From: a virus
Taxonomy: Duplodnaviria > Caudoviricetes
Strand: one strand, 5' to 3'
IMG/VR virus record: IMGVR_UViG_3300048897_000037
Span: 1 to 57,106 of that record
DNA: 57,106 nucleotides
Each line of letters opens with the position of its first letter. The stretch's first letter is position 1. The notes below the pieces were generated by a model, which did not search any database, was not told where the DNA came from, and worked only from the letters and a program-made list of their open reading frames with translations. Positions 25,193-33,297 of this stretch are shown here, in pieces. A program made the translations under genes and the position numbers.

Positions 25193-25266
25193 TGATCCGA
25201 GGAGGGGTCGAACCTCCGACGCGCGGGTTAAGGGCCCGCCGCTCTTGACCGCTGAGCTACCGGATC
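25193..25266 (-). tRNA. tRNA-Lys(CTT), C33 variant, no encoded CCA
   Basis: GATCCGG/TCGGATC acceptor, GCTC/GAGC D stem, GCGGG-CCCTTAA-CCCGC, GGAGG-TTCGACC-CCTCC. Confidence 0.9.
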
Positions 25267-25273
25267 GGGTGGC

Positions 25274-25346
25274 TGGAACTGGTGTCCCAGTCGAGGGGAC
25301 TTCTACACGGTAGCGACCCGTGTTTTCGTGAGGCCTCAACCAGCCC
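25274..25346 (-). ncRNA. tRNA-like cloverleaf RNA
   Basis: GGCTGGT/ACCAGTT then CCA; ACACGG-GTCGCTA-CCGTGT; GTCCC-CTCGACT-GGGAC T-arm-like. Confidence 0.5.
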
Positions 25347-25351
25347 AACCG

Positions 25352-25427
25352 TGGCGCAGGTCGGATTCGAACCGACGATCTCGGGCTTATGGGGCCCACG
25401 GGGACGACCGAACTCCCCTACCGCGCT
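25352..25427 (-). tRNA. tRNA-Met(CAT), initiator-like, C33 variant
   Basis: AGCGCGG/CTGCGCC (A1xC72 mismatch), G11:C24, TGGGC-CCCATAA-GCCCG, GTCGG-TTCGAAT-CCGAC. Confidence 0.88.
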
Positions 25428-25431
25428 CTGT

Positions 25432-25493
25432 TGGTGCCACGCTGCTTGGACAGCCGCACCACTAGACCTGCTACTCCAAGCCCGCTGGTCCAG
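25432..25493 (-). ncRNA. kissing-loop RNA motif (copy B)
   Basis: CTGGACC..GGGCTTGGA..GGTCTAG plus TGGTGC-G-GCTG-TCCAAG-CAGC-GTG-GCACCA. Confidence 0.6.
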
Positions 25494-25500
25494 GTAACCC

Positions 25501-25529
25501 ACCCTACCCAGGCCTCTTGACGGTTGCAA
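25501..25529 (-). promoter_or_regulatory. promoter of the antisense RNA operon
   Basis: TTGCAA-N17-TAGGGT. Confidence 0.65.
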
Positions 25530-25545
25530 CATGTTGATCTACCCT
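25517..25545 (+). promoter_or_regulatory. promoter of the capsid operon
   Basis: TTGACG-N17-TACCCT, overlapping the divergent promoter. Confidence 0.6.
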
Positions 25546-25642
25546 TCGCCCAACAGGTGTCTGGCTTCTGTGCCGGCTTGCTGAGCGGTGGATGCGGCCT
25601 GTCCCTCACCAAGGATGATCGACTTCCTTGTGAGGAGTGACA

Positions 25643-27373
25643 GTGTTCCAAATCCCCGAGGACCTGGACCAGTTCAGTGTCTCCAGCTTGCAGGATCTGG
25701 CCAAGATCGCGCGTGACGAGTACACCGCGCTGAAGGAAAACGTCCGTATCGAGACGGTCACCGCTGAGGAAATCGAGCGCCTGGAGGAACTCCAGGGCTT
25801 CGTGTTCAGCACCGTTCCCACGGAGATCGCCGCGCGCCAGGAGCTGTCCGACCGGTTCACGGCGGCCACCACCGAGCCCAACACCGAGGAGCCGGCCGAG
25901 GAGGCCCCCGCCACTGAGGAGCCGGCGGTTGAGGCCGTCGTGGCCTCCACCAAGGTCACCGTGGCCGACATGAAGGCGGCCGGCGGCGGCAACACCGAGG
26001 TCACCCCCGCCGGGACGACCCGCCAGTCCTACTCCACGCTGGTCGCCTCGGCGACGGTTCAGGCGCAGGGCGGCAGCTACGAGTCCGGCCAGGTCCTGAC
26101 CAGCCTCCTGGACGTGGCCAAGGTGTTCGAGGCCCGCTCCATGGCCCACAACTCGATGGCCGCCCGTGGCATGTCCACGATGACCTCGGGCCCGGTGTCC
26201 TCGCCAGTGGCCCAGCTGGTCCGCAACTACCCGGACGAGTTCTCCGTGTCCGGCACGGATGACGACTACGAGAAGCTGCTCAAGGTCGCCAACGAGGCCC
26301 GACTGCCCGGCGGATCCTTGCTCGCCTCGGTGGAGCTGGACCGCAAGCGTCTCAACACTGAGGCCCCGTACCGGGACTCTCTGGTTGCCGCGCAGGGTTG
26401 GTGTGCTCCCTCGGAGACTGACTACGACATCTGTCTGCAGATCACCACGGACGGCCTGTTCGACGCCCCCGAGGTGCAGGCCCGCCGGGGCGGCATCCGG
26501 CACAACACGGGCCTGGAGTTCGACACGATCTTCGGCGACGGCACCGGGTTCTTCAACCTGACTGAGGCCCAGGTTGCGGCCGGCACCACCAAGACCTGCG
26601 TCGAGATCCCCTGCCCCAGCTTCACTGACACCCGACTGGGTGTCACCGGCCTCTGCCTGACCGGCAACATCCTGGCCATCCGGGGCTACCCGGAGATGAC
26701 CGCCACGTTCACCCGGGGTGCCCTGGCGGCGTCCGCGCACCAGATCAACCGGGAGCAGATCGCGGTCGTGGCGGCCGGCTCCACGGCGGTGTCGCTGGCC
26801 AACCAGCCGTACACCTCCGACGGCAGTGTCGTGTCGCAGGTTCTCAGCGCGGTCGAGATGGCCATTGTGGACATCAAGTACCGGCTGCGGCTGCAGCGCT
26901 CGGCCACCCTGGAAGTGCTCATGCCGTTCTGGATGGGCGCCCAGATGCGGGCCGACTGGATTCGGCGCAACGCCACCGGGTCTGGCCCGGACGCTCTCAC
27001 CCTGGCTGACTCGGCGATCAGCGCGGCCTACGCGGCCCGTGGGGCCCGGGTCCAGTACGTGTACGACTGGCAGGACGCCTTCTCCTCGGCGTCGCTGTCG
27101 GGCGGCGGCCCTGGCGCGGACACTCCGATGACTGAGCTGCCCACCTCCCTGCAGTTCATCGTGTACCCGTCGGGTACGTGGGTCAGGGCGGTGTCCGACG
27201 TCATCACCCTGAACTCGGTCTACGACAGCACCAAGCTGGCCACCAACCAGGTCACGCACCTGTTCACGGAAACCGGCTGGGCGATGTTGAAGATGTGCCC
27301 ACTGTCTCGCATCTACACCGTGGCCATCTGCCCCAACGGCAGCACTGGGGTTCAGCGCGCGGTGACTTGCTAA
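25643..27373 (+). CDS. major capsid (hexamer) protein with N-terminal scaffold-like region
   Basis: LVAAQGWCAPSETDYD, ARRGGI, K-C-EIPCP-F motifs of cluster-B-like MCPs; GAGGAG RBS (alternative start 25637). Confidence 0.88.
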   Translation: MFQIPEDLDQFSVSSLQDLAKIARDEYTALKENVRIETVTAEEIERLEELQGFVFSTVPTEIAARQELSDRFTAATTEPNTEEPAEEAPATEEPAVEAVVASTKVTVADMKAAGGGNTEVTPAGTTRQSYSTLVASATVQAQGGSYESGQVLTSLLDVAKVFEARSMAHNSMAARGMSTMTSGPVSSPVAQLVRNYPDEFSVSGTDDDYEKLLKVANEARLPGGSLLASVELDRKRLNTEAPYRDSLVAAQGWCAPSETDYDICLQITTDGLFDAPEVQARRGGIRHNTGLEFDTIFGDGTGFFNLTEAQVAAGTTKTCVEIPCPSFTDTRLGVTGLCLTGNILAIRGYPEMTATFTRGALAASAHQINREQIAVVAAGSTAVSLANQPYTSDGSVVSQVLSAVEMAIVDIKYRLRLQRSATLEVLMPFWMGAQMRADWIRRNATGSGPDALTLADSAISAAYAARGARVQYVYDWQDAFSSASLSGGGPGADTPMTELPTSLQFIVYPSGTWVRAVSDVITLNSVYDSTKLATNQVTHLFTETGWAMLKMCPLSRIYTVAICPNGSTGVQRAVTC

Positions 27374-27382
27374 GAGCGTGAC

Positions 27383-27410
27383 CGAGGGGCCGGGAACCCG
27401 GCCCCTCGTT
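27383..27410 (+). terminator. hairpin after MCP (terminator or attenuator)
   Basis: CGAGGGGCCGGG/CCCGGCCCCTCG. Confidence 0.7.
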
Positions 27411-27431
27411 ACCTCTTAGGAAGGAGGTCCG

Positions 27432-28277
27432 ATGGCTACCATCTCCAACGCTTTCACACTGATCGACGCTCCTCCGGTTCCACCGCGACCGTATGGGCTG
27501 TTCGATGTCGCCCTCGGGCCGATGCCGTTCCCGGAGCTGGGCGCCATGGGCGCCCCCATCCAGTACGTGCCCGACACGTGCGAGGACGACGTCTTCCTGT
27601 ACGCCATGAACTGCCCGGCGGTCAGTGGATCCAAGACGTTCTCCCCGATCGACCCGGCTGTGTCCGGCAACCCGTTCGGCGTGATCACCTCCTACCAGTG
27701 CTCCTCCATCGGGTACTCGTTCGACGAAGCCCGGCAGCGCGTCCTGACCCGCATGCAGTTGCGGGAGCAGCGTGCGGTGGAGCGCCGAGTGTGGCAGGGA
27801 TCGCCGCTGGGCGGCATTGGCGGCATTCCGGGCCTGTTCCAGGGGGCCACCAGCCTGGGTACAGCCTCATGCCCCACGGTGGCGGTACAGCTGCTGGAGC
27901 AGGCTCTGGCTGACAACGCCGTAGTGGGCGGTCTACTCCATGCCCGGCCAGGCATGTCCTCGCACCTGTCCCGGTCCTACCAACTGCAGCCTCCCAAGGG
28001 TCGTCAGATCAACACCTGGCTGGGGACTCCGGTGGTGTTCGGGCAGGGGTACGACGGGTCCGGCCCGGCCGGACAGGCTGCCACTGCCGGCGCCGAGTGG
28101 ATGTACGCCTCGGGCCGGGTCCTGATCTGGCAGTCCGATGTGGATGTACCCCCGATCGGTCCCAACATGAACCTGGCCACCAATACTGTGTTCACTTTCG
28201 CGGAGAAGATCTTCAACGTGATCGTCGAATGTGGAGTGTGGGCCGTCCAGGTCACTCGCGATTGCAGCACCCTGTGA
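27432..28277 (+). CDS. probable major capsid pentamer protein
   Basis: position after MCP; PPRPYGLF, EQRAVE, LGTPVVFGQGY, WMYASG motifs. Confidence 0.65.
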   Translation: MATISNAFTLIDAPPVPPRPYGLFDVALGPMPFPELGAMGAPIQYVPDTCEDDVFLYAMNCPAVSGSKTFSPIDPAVSGNPFGVITSYQCSSIGYSFDEARQRVLTRMQLREQRAVERRVWQGSPLGGIGGIPGLFQGATSLGTASCPTVAVQLLEQALADNAVVGGLLHARPGMSSHLSRSYQLQPPKGRQINTWLGTPVVFGQGYDGSGPAGQAATAGAEWMYASGRVLIWQSDVDVPPIGPNMNLATNTVFTFAEKIFNVIVECGVWAVQVTRDCSTL

Positions 28278-28311
28278 TGTCCGCGCCTACAGTGCCGGAG
28301 ATTGGACGATC

Positions 28312-29022
28312 ATGACTACGGTGTGTTACACCCCCTGGAAAATCCCACGGGTCCGGGTAACCCAGCTCAACTCCTGTGGGGTTCCGGTGACGGGATGCTC
28401 CACTGTGGTCAGTGACGGCATCATCTCGATCGCCATGACCAAGGAGTACGAGGCCCGGCAGGAGTTCTTCGTCAAGAACGGTGACGGTGTCTTCTGTGTC
28501 CGGGAGACCAACCCGCCGGTCCTGAAGTGGATCAACCTGGTGCTGACGTTCTGCAACGTCGACCCCGAGATGGTCAACATCATGTCGGCCGAACCCCTGG
28601 TCCTCAACGACGCAGTGTCCCCGGTCTCCACCGGCTACTCCACCGAGGAGGGCTCGGCGGCCAACGTCAACTTCGCACTGGAGGGTTGGACCCGGATCTC
28701 TGGTGCTGGGGTTGCCTGCACTGGCGGCCAGGAGTACGGCTACACCCTGTTCCCTTGGATCGTGGAAGGGACCATCGGTGACCTCACCTACGAGAACGGT
28801 GCAGCCAACTTCGTCCTCAACGCCCGGACCAAGGCCGGCGGCGGCTGGGGCACGGGACCGTACATGGTCGACTACTCCGACAACCCGGCTGGATCCACCA
28901 CCCGGATCCCGCTTCTCACGCCCATCGGCTCTCGGCAGCACGAGCGGATGTTCCTTACCCGCCTGGCTCCGCCCACGTCGGTGTGTGGTTGCCAGCAGCT
29001 GTCCAGCCTGACCCCAAGCTGA
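28312..29022 (+). CDS. major tail protein
   Basis: RVRVTQLNSCG, LTFCNVDP, YGYTLFPW, WGTGPY. Confidence 0.75.
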   Translation: MTTVCYTPWKIPRVRVTQLNSCGVPVTGCSTVVSDGIISIAMTKEYEARQEFFVKNGDGVFCVRETNPPVLKWINLVLTFCNVDPEMVNIMSAEPLVLNDAVSPVSTGYSTEEGSAANVNFALEGWTRISGAGVACTGGQEYGYTLFPWIVEGTIGDLTYENGAANFVLNARTKAGGGWGTGPYMVDYSDNPAGSTTRIPLLTPIGSRQHERMFLTRLAPPTSVCGCQQLSSLTPS

Positions 29023-29046
29023 TCATCAACCCAGGAAGAGGTCGCC

Positions 29047-30075
29047 ATGAGCGCGTTCATCTTCGCTGGTGGCGACCCTTCCAAGGTTGATGTCAGCGGT
29101 TACACCAAGGGGGATCTGCTCGCCGCCGATGCGACGGGCACCCTGCAGCCGGTCGCCGTCGGACCTGACACGGATGTCCTCACCGCTGATTCAGCGGCCA
29201 CCGAGGGCGTGGACTGGCAGGCTGGCGGCGGAGGCGGTGGCGGGGTCAACACCGTGTTCGGCCGCTCCGGCAACGTGGTGGCCGTGGCCGGGGACTACAC
29301 CAAGGCTCAGGTCGGCCTGGCCAACGTGGCCAACTCCTTGCAGCTGGTGGCGGCCAGCAACCTGTCCGACCTGACCAACGTGGTCACGGCCCGGACCAAC
29401 CTGGGCCTGGGCACGGCGGCCACCCAGAACACAGGTGCCTTCGACGCGGCCGGCGCGGCTGCGGCGGCGCAGGCGGCCTCCCAGCCACTGGACAGTGACC
29501 TGACCACCATCGCCGGGTTGTCCTCGGCGACGGGCAACGTGATCCAGGGTGTTGCTGGGGTGTGGGCCGCCCAGACCCCAGCCCAGGTGAAGACGTCCCT
29601 GATCCTGGTGAAGGGTGACGTGGGCCTCGGCAACGTCGACAACACCTCGGACGCCAACAAGCCAGTCAGCACCGCCCAGCAGACCGCCTTGAACCTGAAG
29701 GCCAACCTGGCGAGTCCCACCTTCACCGGTACCGTCACCATGGCCAAGAGTGTGAACACCCCGGTGGTGCTCACTGACAGCTCCCCTGTGACAGTGGACG
29801 CGTCGCTGGGGAACTTCTTCCGCCTCACTCTGACCGGGTCCGGGCACACGCTGGGAAACCCCAGCAACCTGACCGACGGCCAGATGATCCTGTTCGAGAT
29901 CATCCAGGCGGCCGGTGGTGGGAACACCTTGGCGCTGGACACCAAGTACTCCTTCGGGACCGGGATCACCAGTTTCACCATGACCAGCACCGCCAGCAAG
30001 AGGGACTTCCTCGGTGTGGTCTACAACCTGGCGGCCGACAAGCTGTATGTGATTGCCCTGGCCCAGGGGTACTAA
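29047..30075 (+). CDS. virion fibre / minor structural protein
   Basis: fibre repeats VFGRSGNVVA, KGDVGLGNVDNTSDANKPVSTAQQTAL, NLASPTFTGTVT. Confidence 0.7.
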   Translation: MSAFIFAGGDPSKVDVSGYTKGDLLAADATGTLQPVAVGPDTDVLTADSAATEGVDWQAGGGGGGGVNTVFGRSGNVVAVAGDYTKAQVGLANVANSLQLVAASNLSDLTNVVTARTNLGLGTAATQNTGAFDAAGAAAAAQAASQPLDSDLTTIAGLSSATGNVIQGVAGVWAAQTPAQVKTSLILVKGDVGLGNVDNTSDANKPVSTAQQTALNLKANLASPTFTGTVTMAKSVNTPVVLTDSSPVTVDASLGNFFRLTLTGSGHTLGNPSNLTDGQMILFEIIQAAGGGNTLALDTKYSFGTGITSFTMTSTASKRDFLGVVYNLAADKLYVIALAQGY

Positions 30076-30575
30076 TGGTCTCCTTCTACGGCGCCGGGGA
30101 CGTCGGCTCCATTGGGTTCTTCAACCAGGGGGGTGGCATCTCCCTGGGCGTTCAGATGACCCTCCCGGCTGGGACGGTCACCGCCGGGAGATGGTTCTAC
30201 CCGGACCAGCCAGTGGGGACTTTGACCTGGACCTTGTGGAACAGCGCAGGGACCATTCAGCTGGCCACGGCGTCTGCTGACGCAGTGACCCAGCAGACGT
30301 TTGTCACCTTCACCACCGGGTCAGTCAACCTGCCCCTGCACGTGGCGGCCGGGACGTACTGGAGCGTCATCAACACCAGTGGTCCCTACTCTGCTATCCC
30401 TGGGTTCTTCGGTGGGGGCTCGGTCACCCGCAACGGGCTCACCTTCGTGACCTCAGGGTTCAACACGACAGTGGGGTCTTTCCCCAACAGTCCTTCCTCG
30501 GCGTCGTACCTTTCCGACATCGTGTTCACCCCGGATGGCACCCGGGTCCCCGACTTCATGCCATTCTTTCGGTAG
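30075..30575 (+). CDS. DUF4082-like beta-sandwich structural protein
   Basis: SLGV...AGTVTAGRWF, TLWN, AAGTYWS, Y..DIVF pattern. Confidence 0.55.
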   Translation: MVSFYGAGDVGSIGFFNQGGGISLGVQMTLPAGTVTAGRWFYPDQPVGTLTWTLWNSAGTIQLATASADAVTQQTFVTFTTGSVNLPLHVAAGTYWSVINTSGPYSAIPGFFGGGSVTRNGLTFVTSGFNTTVGSFPNSPSSASYLSDIVFTPDGTRVPDFMPFFR

Positions 30576-30584
30576 GAGGGGATC

Positions 30585-31694
30585 ATGACCACATCAATGG
30601 TGCAGGGCATCGGCGGACCGCTCACCTTGGAGGTGCGGCAGTTCGACGGTGGTCCCTTGGTCAACCTGGATTCCCTGCCCACCATCACCATCACCTCCCT
30701 GGCCGATGGGGCAGTGGTGCTTGGACCCACCACTGCCGGGGTGATCAACCCGACCACGGGTGTGTACTTCTACCAGTGGTCGGCCCCGGTCTCCACTGGC
30801 CTGTACCTGGATGTGTGGTCAGGATCCATCTCCGGCAACCCCCACCAGGGTTCCGAGATGATCAGCGTGTACGCCCCCTCCACGGTGACCGCCGGCCCCT
30901 GTGAATCCGGCTGGGACATCGACACCTCCTGCTGCGCGGAGTGGAGCACCTACTCATCCGAGCTGCAGGCGGCGGCCAAGTCCTACGCCTCCCTGGTCCT
31001 GTGGGCGGCCACCGGGCGTCGGTTCGGTCTCTGCACCCAAGTGGTGCGGCCGTGTGGTCGGTACTGTTCTGGGAATGACGGGCTGGGAACCTACGGGTAC
31101 TACTGGAACGGGGAGGGTTTCTTCGTCCCCTATCTGTTCGCAGGTGAGTGGCGTAACTGCTGGTGTGGAGTGGGGATCGGGTGCCTCTCCTGTCGGCCTG
31201 ACTGTCAGGTCTATCTGGAGGGACCCGTCAACTCCATCATCTCGGTGGTGCAGGACGGGGAGCTTATCGACCCCGCAACCTACCGGGTCGACAATGGAAC
31301 CTGGCTGGTTCGTACTCACGACCAATCCACCGACGACTGCTGGACCCTGCGTCAAGACTTCAACCTGAACACTGGACCCAACACCCTGATCGTGTCGTAC
31401 CTGCAGGGCATGCCAGTCCCGGCCGCCCTGCAGCGCGCTGGCGGGGAACTGGCCTGTGAGTGGGCCAAGGCCTGCACTGGGGCGGCGTGCCGGCTTCCCC
31501 AGCGGGTCACATCCATCTCCCGGCAGGGTGTGACGGTGTCCCTGGCCGACATTGATGATCTCCTGGAGCGGGGCCTCACCGGTGTGCCCACAGTGGACAA
31601 CGTGATCCATGCCTTCAACCCGTACCGGCTGCAATCCCGCATGCAAGTGCTGAGCCCCGACATCCCCACCGGCCGGAAGACGACCTGGCCATGA
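30585..31694 (+). CDS. head-to-tail adaptor
   Basis: LWAATGRRFG-C-VRPC, LACEWAKAC, RLPQRVTSISRQGV, TGVPTVD. Confidence 0.75.
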   Translation: MTTSMVQGIGGPLTLEVRQFDGGPLVNLDSLPTITITSLADGAVVLGPTTAGVINPTTGVYFYQWSAPVSTGLYLDVWSGSISGNPHQGSEMISVYAPSTVTAGPCESGWDIDTSCCAEWSTYSSELQAAAKSYASLVLWAATGRRFGLCTQVVRPCGRYCSGNDGLGTYGYYWNGEGFFVPYLFAGEWRNCWCGVGIGCLSCRPDCQVYLEGPVNSIISVVQDGELIDPATYRVDNGTWLVRTHDQSTDDCWTLRQDFNLNTGPNTLIVSYLQGMPVPAALQRAGGELACEWAKACTGAACRLPQRVTSISRQGVTVSLADIDDLLERGLTGVPTVDNVIHAFNPYRLQSRMQVLSPDIPTGRKTTWP

Positions 31695-32290
31695 GTTTCC
31701 CCTTCCCTGACCCTGTCATCTATTTGGCCCAGCTGGCCAAGGCGTGCCTATCCCAGGCCATCACCGAGGTGGGGAACCTGGTCAACGATGTGACCATCTG
31801 GAAACCCCCGGCCGAGGTGTGTTTCCGGGTGTCCACGCAGATCCCGTTTGACATGGACAAGTACCAGGACCTGTGCTGCAACGGCCTGGGCTACGTGGCC
31901 CTGGCCGGGACGTGGCCTTCAGCAGAATCGTTCCCGCAGCAGGACATCAACCGGCAAGCCGCCACCCGGTGCGCTCCCCCCGCCTGGGCTGAGGAGTACC
32001 GCATGGGTCTGGTTCGATGCCTTCCGGTGGTAACCCAGGGGGAAGGCTTCCAGGAGGGCGGGATGCCCACCTGCGCGGAGTGGAACCAGGCATCCATCCA
32101 GAACATGTGGGACTCGGTCGTCCTGCGCAAGGCCACCTGCTGCTTCCGGGTGGCCGTCATCACTGATGACACTGGGTTCTTTGACGGGATGTCCGTGGTG
32201 ATGGACCGCCAGGTGCAGGGGCCGCCCCTGGGTGGTTGCGTGGAGAGGTATGTGAACGTCCAGGTCCAGCACCCGAACTGCGACTGCTGA
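31691..32290 (+). CDS. head-tail connector / tail terminator-like protein
   Basis: position; Cys-rich, GLVRC and GPPLGGCV motifs. Confidence 0.6.
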   Translation: MSFPFPDPVIYLAQLAKACLSQAITEVGNLVNDVTIWKPPAEVCFRVSTQIPFDMDKYQDLCCNGLGYVALAGTWPSAESFPQQDINRQAATRCAPPAWAEEYRMGLVRCLPVVTQGEGFQEGGMPTCAEWNQASIQNMWDSVVLRKATCCFRVAVITDDTGFFDGMSVVMDRQVQGPPLGGCVERYVNVQVQHPNCDC

Positions 32291-32430
32291 TGCGTGTTGT
32301 CCAGGTCCTGGCGCTGAAAAGCTTCGACACCTTCGAAGCTGGCCAGGTGTACTGGTTGGGCATGGATGAGAGGCTCGCCCACCTGATCGTCAACTGCTAC
32401 TTTCGACTGATCCACGATCCAGGAGTGTGA
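32290..32430 (+). CDS. small hypothetical protein
   Basis: TGATG coupling, 46 aa. Confidence 0.55.
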   Translation: MRVVQVLALKSFDTFEAGQVYWLGMDERLAHLIVNCYFRLIHDPGV

Positions 32431-32434
32431 GCCA

Positions 32435-32929
32435 ATGGTCGCCAAGGTGAAGGTGAACTTCCCCTTGGCGGTGTTCGCCTCCGAGCGCGCGGCCTCCGAG
32501 TTCATGGAGGTGATCCTTCAGGAGATGGCCACTGGGGCCCGCGCCATTGCTGCCACGGGCACGTACTCCACCGGCGAACTGGCTTCCTCCATTGAGATCC
32601 AGGGTCCCCTGGTAGTGGGTATGCAGATCCGGGGCGCCATCGGCTCCCGCCTGGACTACGCACTGGCTGTGCATGACGGCGCCAAGCAGCACTGGATCTT
32701 CCCCAAGGGGGCCTGGGGTGTTATGCGGTTTGGATCCCGCAAACGCCCACAGCTGAAGTTCTACTGGCGCCGAGAAGGGAGGGTGGCGTTCTTCCCTCAC
32801 ATCCCAGGCGGCCGTGGTCGGATCGGGCTGTCCCATCCAGGCATCAGGTACGGGAAGAGGTTCCTGGAGATTCCCATGGTTGCAGTGGCGAGGAGACATG
32901 GCTTGAAGATCCGGGCCAGGGACGTATGA
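32435..32929 (+). CDS. HK97 gp10-like tail completion protein
   Basis: TGELASSI, YALAVHDGAK-H-I-P, HPG...FL. Confidence 0.7.
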   Translation: MVAKVKVNFPLAVFASERAASEFMEVILQEMATGARAIAATGTYSTGELASSIEIQGPLVVGMQIRGAIGSRLDYALAVHDGAKQHWIFPKGAWGVMRFGSRKRPQLKFYWRREGRVAFFPHIPGGRGRIGLSHPGIRYGKRFLEIPMVAVARRHGLKIRARDV

Positions 32930-32937
32930 TCACCGCC

Positions 32938-33297
32938 ATGACTGAACCCACTCCTGACGAGGTAGCCCGCAAGACCCAGATCGTTTCAGTCGGTGGCAGA
33001 TCCATCGTGATCCGCGAGCTGACTGAACTGCAGATGATGCACCTAGCCCGGTATGCCAACATCCTGCAGCACGAGGACGTTGCCACGAACGCCAAGCTGG
33101 AGGCCGTGGAGAAGATGCTGAACATCCTGCACGCCTGCGTGGCCAACGAGCAGGACCGGGCACTCCTGGTTTCCGCCGAGGAGGCAGGGGAGGTCTCCCT
33201 CACCGACCTGGTGTCGTTCGTGAAGACGTCTCAGGCCGAAGAAGAACCGAAGCCGGCAGTACGGCGTGGCCGTGTCGCAGCCCGACGTAGCAAGTAG
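32938..33297 (+). CDS. tail assembly chaperone
   Basis: position before TMP; TATGAT -10 7 nt upstream (alternative start 32926). Confidence 0.6.
   Translation: MTEPTPDEVARKTQIVSVGGRSIVIRELTELQMMHLARYANILQHEDVATNAKLEAVEKMLNILHACVANEQDRALLVSAEEAGEVSLTDLVSFVKTSQAEEEPKPAVRRGRVAARRSK

Noticed and set aside
25274-25346. tmRNA
   Set aside because: The acceptor and T-like arms resemble a tRNA-like domain, but there is no room for a tag ORF or pseudoknots.
25140-25350. HDV-like (theta) or pistol ribozymes directly after the tRNAs
   Set aside because: Fragments such as GCTTAAG, AGGTGCAA and a GGTG/CACC hairpin occur, but the P1.1/P2/P4 order and the pistol pseudoknot could not be built.
24845-25532. 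Short ORFs across the RNA operon
   Set aside because: They overlap tRNAs, terminator and ribozyme, and lack RBS and phage-like codon bias.
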